From assembly GCF_964204645.1 (NCBI RefSeq), contig NC_134026.1:14976150-15040149 (forward strand): 64,000 nt of DNA, in the 5' to 3' direction. The stretch comes from Tubulanus polymorphus. Its lineage: Eukaryota > Animalia > Nemertea. Below are positions 58,401 to 64,000 of the stretch, piece by piece. Below the pieces are notes generated by a model. It did no database searches and was not told the DNA's origin. It saw only the letters and a list, made by a program, of their open reading frames with translations. Position 1 is the first letter of the stretch; each line of letters opens with the position of its first letter. Both the position numbers and the translations under genes were made by a program.

Positions 58401-60450
58401 TTTTCCTGATAATTGTTTTATAAATAGATGGGTATCATAGCCTGATAAATTATGAAATAATATTGCTACGAAATTAACTTTCTTAGCTTGTAAATTGCAT
58501 TCTTCATGAGCAGCTCCACGATATTTTGAATTTAAATGATCATGATCTCTAACTTTTTTATCAAATGAATAAAAACGTTTTTCACAGTAACAACAATGAG
58601 TTGCATAATTAAAATCAATTTCATCTTCTTTTGTCATAACTATTCTTTTATTTTTGTTTAATAATTGTGCAAAATCACTTTCTAATTCAATTATTTTGTT
58701 ACAAAAATCATTAACTAAATCTTCACCTCTAAAAGAAATATATTGACTTTCATATAATTCAGGATAATTTGATTTCATATAAATTCCATAAGCAGCAGCT
58801 CTTTGATGAACTTTAAAAATTGTATTTATAATTGGTGGGTCTTGAATTATATCTTCATTTAGTTCATTTCCTTTATCTATTGATTTTAAAAATTGCTTTT
58901 TGTTATATATTTCTTTTCTGTCTTGATCAGTTAATTCTTTATTCAACGATTCAAAATGCCCATGAATTACTAATGGAAAAATATTTTTAAATTTATGATT
59001 AGTAAATTTCAACTTACAATCTTTTTTTGTTGGCATTATTAATTTACAAAAATCTTTAATATCACATAATTCTTTATGTTTTAGTAACGCATTCTCAGTC
59101 ATAAATTTAGGTAAACATTTTCTACATAGATAAATTTTACGATGATGATCACTTTCTGTTCTAAAGAATAAATCAATTTGTTTTAACCACATATAATGTT
59201 CATTTTCATCTTTTTTGTAATATAACAAATCTATAACATTTTCATCATCATAATATTCTGTTAAATATAAAGCTTCTAATGTATAATCTTTAATATTTTC
59301 ACCTTTTGTCTCTGGTAATGGCATTAATTCGAATACATTAATTTTTAAATTATTAACTTTTTCTATTTTAGGTATCATTTTTATAGTTACAGGATATTGA
59401 TCAATTTTATATAATGTTTCATATTTCCGGTAATTTGTTATTCTAAATCTATGCGTAATATCTTCTGTTGGATGTAAGCAACTAATAATTGACCATAAAA
59501 CATTTATTGTCTTCATTTTGAACATTTATTACTGCTTTTGTTGTAAATGGTAATTTGATATAACTTGTTACTTTAATATCCTTTTCTGTTGTAAAGTTTG
59601 AATCATTTTTAAACATTGTTTTGCTTTTTGATGCTTTATTCCTTTTTGTATTATAAATATTCAAATCTAAAAATATAATTTCATTCAATGTTAAACCAGA
59701 ACCCTCAAAATATCTGTCCTCAATTTGACGTTTAAATTCATTAAATATTTTTTCTGATTTCTCCCTTTATTTGTGTTTTTGAAATTATTTCTTCAGAGTG
59801 TGTTTGAATATTATAATCCATTTTTTCTTCTGATTTGATAAAACTTACTTTTCCAGAAATACTAATTTTTGGATATTCAACATCTGTTACCAAATCTAGT
59901 ATTCTTTCCATGATTTCAATAAATTTACTATAATCTTCTATTGTTGCTCCTTAAAAGAATCTAAATATAATAGCTGCGGGTCCAATTTTACTGCGTAATG
60001 TTTCTAAAATTTCAATTGTATCTTTTATTTCTAGTGAATCGATATAATTTCTAACATTTTCCTTGTAAGGTTAATTTGAAATAGATTCAGTTTTTGAAGC
60101 TTCAGTTTTTTTAATTGTTGAGGTTTATCATCAAAATAATCTGTTCCTAAAACATTATTACTTAAATTTTGTTTGTGTTTTTATGATTCGAGATGTCTTT
60201 TATAATTCCTCTTTGCTATAAATTCATTACAAACTTCACATTTTATTTCATCCACATTCATATTTTCTAATTTTTCTTTTCTTTCATTGGAATTTTCTGG
60301 AGTTTCAAAATCTATAACATCTTTTGTATGATTTGCAGTTTTTTCATGTCGTGCTTTATGAGATTTATCAATGTATTTTTGACAATATGTACAACAATAT
60401 TTATTTTCCTTAACATCAATTTTTTCTGAATGTTGTTCACTCTCTCCCAT
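55431..60450 (-). pseudogene. pPolB pseudogene with intein (copy E)
   Basis: Collinear with 41903..46966; many frameshifts. Confidence 0.92.
55887..56940 (-). other. LAGLIDADG intein in copy E (disrupted)
   Basis: YFD|SVTADTP ... FFIGFYAADGT ... YVYDLSTEDGTFNSGFPLIQK, then a 1-nt shift before TDS. Confidence 0.88.
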
Positions 60451-60659
60451 TTATTAGGGAAAAAAATTACTTGTGGTGATGAGTGAGAAAAAAAAATACT
60501 TGTGTTGATAAGTAAGAAAAAAAATTACTTGTGGTGATGAGTGGTGTGTCGCCCTCTCGCCCTCTGGTCTGAAACCCACATTTCCCAATTACTTCCCTCA
60601 ACTGAAGGTTCAGGTTTTAGCCCTTACCACATGTTATGTGGTCATGAAATGCGTCTACC

Positions 60660-61031
60660 AATAGACACGGCTTTGATTCCACGCATTCGTTAGCTACTGA
60701 TCATAAGGCATACTTATCGCATATATTAAGGCAGCTTGTCATATCACTAAATATCGCTAACGAGAATATTAAAAGAGCTCAAAATAAGTATAAAACTCAG
60801 TTCGATAAAAAGGCATCAAAACCTCAGTTTCAGATTACTGATCGCGTTTGGCTAAAAGTCATGAAAGTTAAGAAAGGAAAATCGCCAAAACTATGTAAAA
60901 AATGCGTAGGTCCCTATTTCATTCAGTCAATAGCTAGCAAAGGGGCTTATCAATTACGAAGAATCTCTGATAACGTTTTACTCCCATCGCATGTCAATGG
61001 GAATCGTCTGAAGCCATACAAAGATCCCTAA
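60660..61031 (+). pseudogene. Gypsy integrase C-terminal remnant
   Basis: ANENIKRAQNKYKTQFDKK...DRVWLK...SPKL...VGPYFI...HVNGNRLKPY. Confidence 0.75.
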
Positions 61032-61505
61032 TGTGAAAAATTCAAATTTGCCTAAATCTTAACTACATTACTACTATATTTCAAACGGTCCAACCACGAC
61101 GACGTTATATCAAATCCCTACCAAGTAAACAGTGTTGAATATCAGATACGTATATACATTCATGGTCAAATGAAGAAACCAAGCAATAAATATTCACGAC
61201 TGGTCAAAGATAATCAACTTTTTTAGCAAATGATAAAGACATTCAATCTTTCTGGTTTTCGCAATTCCCCCAGAGTAAGATGAGCGTGCGTGATTCGAGT
61301 GCGTATCGTTATAACCGTTTAAGCGTCCTTAATGCAAGTTATGAAGGCAAAGGACATAGGCAGACATCTCGAGATATACTACACGTAAATGCCTGTATGT
61401 ACATGCATGTACGTTGGCTTTATTTCACCAAAACACGATAAAAACCTTGAATTGGTTCGAATTCAAACATATTTCGACTGCTATAGGCCGACATTCACAT
61501 TTTAG

Positions 61506-61663
61506 GGTCACCAGCTAGAATATATACGTGGACAAGTGATCAAGTTGAACGAGAAAGTGCAGTGGTCCAACTGCATTGCCGAGCATCTGGCTATCCTGCA
61601 CCTCATTTTGTATGGTTGGACCCACAACGAAAATTAATTGGCACCGGCCAATCTAATTACCAG
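61506..61663 (+). CDS. IMP-L2/ZIG-like protein, coding exon 5 (Ig2 N-half)
   Basis: TTTAG|.SPARIYTWT...VQLHCRASGYPAPHFVWLD...NYQ|GT; phase 1 matches the donor at 20616. Confidence 0.88.
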
Positions 61664-61879
61664 GTCAGTATTGAATTGGATGCAGCCAATTCGTGAATTC
61701 GCTTGACTGAATGATGTTCATCGGGATCCGAAACTCCATAATAGGCCAATATAATTACATCATGGAGAATGAACGTTCATAATGAACTAAGTGGTTCAGT
61801 TTCAAATAGCCGACCAATTACACGTGTCGACAATTCCGACTATTTACAATTTAGAAGGGAATATTAATTGTCAAGCAAA

Positions 61880-62432
61880 GACACGGCTCCTCCATCCCAT
61901 CCACTTAGTATCTAAAACGGGTAATATACGGGGAATCACATCCCTTCATCCTAGCCAATTTTTATGGAAAATCCACATACACACGCGTCCCTTGAACCAA
62001 GCCACTTGATATCAGTATAATCCACACACACGCACGCACGCACGACCCCTTGATTCAGGCCACTTCATATCAGGCTAACCCACGCACGCGGCCCCTCGAT
62101 ACAGGCCACTTTATACATTGAAGAGTAATCCCCCATACAGCCAGCCCGACGATCCCGACACTTTTATACCAGGGTAATTTACGCACACGCGGCCCTACGA
62201 TCCCATCAACTTTATATCGGAGTAATTCACGTGCACCTCCAACTTTAAGTCGTTGGAATTGTCGAAAAGTTAAGTTGGCAATATTAAATCGTCGGAATTA
62301 TTGGCAAGTTGAGTCGGCAATTTTAAATCGTCGAAATTGTCGACAATTATAATAGGTCGGGAATTTTAAGTCGTCGGAATTGTCGACAAGAACAAAGGTT
62401 GGCAATTTCAAATCGCCAGAATTGTCGACATT
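61880..62432. repeat. Two adjacent degenerate tandem arrays
   Basis: Units of about 50 bp with CACGC..CCCT.GA...CCACTT, then TTTTAAGTCGTCGGAATTGTCGACAA-type units. Confidence 0.6.
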
Positions 62433-63144
62433 AAAACAGGTCCCTACTCATGGATGTATACGTGCTATGTACTCAACCTGCGCAGATTTACTTTTATACC
62501 TGTTCAGGCGTTGAGCCGGGACTTCTTTGAAATTGCTACTCCACCAGCATGAACATATTTCCTATCATATTCCCTGGTACCAGTGCAATCGCCGGGGAAT
62601 GGATGTAATTCGTATATTGTGGAATTAGATTTGGACTGCGCATTTCAGACATTTGAACTACATATAACTCAGTTTTAAGTGACAGCTTATTACCCGGGCT
62701 GTCTATTTCAATGGCTTTGCACCAAAATCAAATGCTCTCAGCGGATTTTCGTAATGTGAAATTTGATACTGGAACCATTGGACAGAGTACCAAACATAAA
62801 TCTAGATGAATAATTAGCCAGAATGTTCTAGCGGGTTAAAAGCCCTGAAAAGAGAATCACTGAACAGTTTTGTTTGCTGTCAAAGTCGAAATAATTAAGT
62901 CTTACTATTTGCCATTCTACAAGGAGAGATAAACTCATACTGGAAAAATCGGTTACGTCTCGTTTAAATCACTTTAGTCCCATACGGATAAAACATAGTA
63001 TTTTAAGCGTTTGGTTACTGTTCTTAAACAATGCAAAAACTAAGTTTTTTACGGGAACAAACTATGATTAACATATATTTTACAAAATGGATTGGCCGAG
63101 TGAGTGTGAACCTCAAATCATTGTGGCTATCACATTTTTTTTAG

Positions 63145-63264
63145 TTACTGCCAAATGGTGACCTTTTGATCCGGGCAATTTCCTGGGAAGAGAATATGGG
63201 TGTGTACACATGTATTGCTGGCAATGAGATTGGAGAGGATTCGGTGAATACATTTCTCTATCCG
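63145..63264 (+). CDS. IMP-L2/ZIG-like protein, coding exon 6 (Ig2 C-half)
   Basis: TTTAG|LLPNGDLLIRAISWEENMGVYTCIAGNEIGEDSVNTFLYP|GTGAGT; the TFLYP end is typical of IMP-L2/ZIG proteins. The stop is either in a short later exon or by read-through. Confidence 0.9.
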
Positions 63265-63499
63265 GTGAGTGTGATTGTAACGATATCCACTAAAATAATT
63301 CGAAAATGATATGATACGAAAGTAGACGAAATTTTCAACATCTGCACTTATTGACAAGTGATCAGCCAATTGCAATATGACAAATTGATGACGATGCATT
63401 CGAACGAGTTTCAAAGTATTTTGTAGTATTCTCAACCAGAATCATCACAAATCTATGCTCTCTTCGTCCCTATAACGAAATATTTACAGCGTTTGTTTT

Positions 63500-63873
63500 T
63501 GACGGTTCGACAGTTTGATGGTTTGACTATCGACGGTTCGGCAGTTCGACGATTCGATGATATATATGAAGATGCCGGCATATCTATATAGCAGAAGATC
63601 CCGCCAGAACACAGGATAGGATCTCGGCATATCTTTACAGGGGAGATCCCGGCACAACTATACAGAGGAAGATCCCAGCACAACTATACAAGGGAAGATC
63701 CGGGAAAAACTATGCAGGGGAAGATCCCGGCACAACACAGGAGATATATAGGGGATGGATTCCTTATATACTGTCGAATCGTCGAACCGTCAAACTGTCG
63801 AATTGTAAAGCTATAACGAACTTATTTGCGCTCCTTATTTACTATCGAACCGTCGAACTGTCGAATCGTCGAG
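63500..63873. repeat. Small repeat element with inverted GTCGAACCGTC-type ends and internal GAAGATCCCGGCAC repeats
   Basis: GACGGTTCGACAGTTTGA (63501) versus GTCGAACCGTCAAACTGTCGAA (63781). Confidence 0.5.
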
Positions 63874-64000
63874 CTCATTACCTATAGAACTGTAAAACTA
63901 TGTAAAAACTATGAAGAACTCGTGCGTAGTAATAAATTCATGTGCATCGCCCAAGGAACTAATTATCCCCTATACCTCAGTTGAGCCCAGTTTTCAATCG

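Larger units (their letters stand above)
51881..60593 (-). mobile_element. Polinton copy E (C subfamily), decayed, left half missing
   Basis: Terminus ...TTTCCCAATTACT at 60593 with three CACCACAAGTAAT-type repeats; pPolB pseudogene and 3' half of the VLTF3-like gene. Confidence 0.9.

Noticed and set aside
63145-63435. 96-aa minus-strand ORF; also 20457..20819 and 20579..21010
   Set aside because: They overlap real plus-strand exons and run into intron sequence; no independent coding signal.

Overview
Eukaryotic (animal, probably marine invertebrate) genomic DNA, not prokaryotic. One host gene is recoverable: a secreted two-Ig-domain IMP-L2/ZIG-like protein, with six coding exons from 19746 to 63264 on the + strand. 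Its fourth coding intron is about 40.9 kb. That intron and the upstream region are packed with Polinton/Maverick (adintovirus-like) DNA from at least two subfamilies. One copy (element C, 30629-47081, 16,453 bp) is nearly intact: about 120-bp TIRs, a perfect 6-bp TSD GGCTTC, pPolB, rve integrase, packaging ATPase, major and minor capsid proteins and a block of membrane proteins. About six decayed or nested copies surround it. Main findings: (1) the pPolB carries a full 355-aa LAGLIDADG intein inside catalytic motif C (YFD|S...KN|TD), also present in two other copies and more conserved between subfamilies than the polymerase itself, suggesting homing among endogenous viruses of an animal; (2) element C encodes a VLTF3-like (poxvirus/NCLDV late transcription factor) protein and almost every gene starts in TAAATG, the poxvirus late initiator, hinting at a helper-virus-linked lifestyle; (3) the second subfamily ends in 150-400-bp fold-back hairpins whose two arms co-vary between copies. 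Also present: a 5'-truncated Gypsy element with an extra SGNH-like ORF, hAT, Penelope, Gypsy and Helentron-like remnants, a MULE-like MITE and several tandem repeats. All family assignments come from motif recognition by eye; no database search was run.
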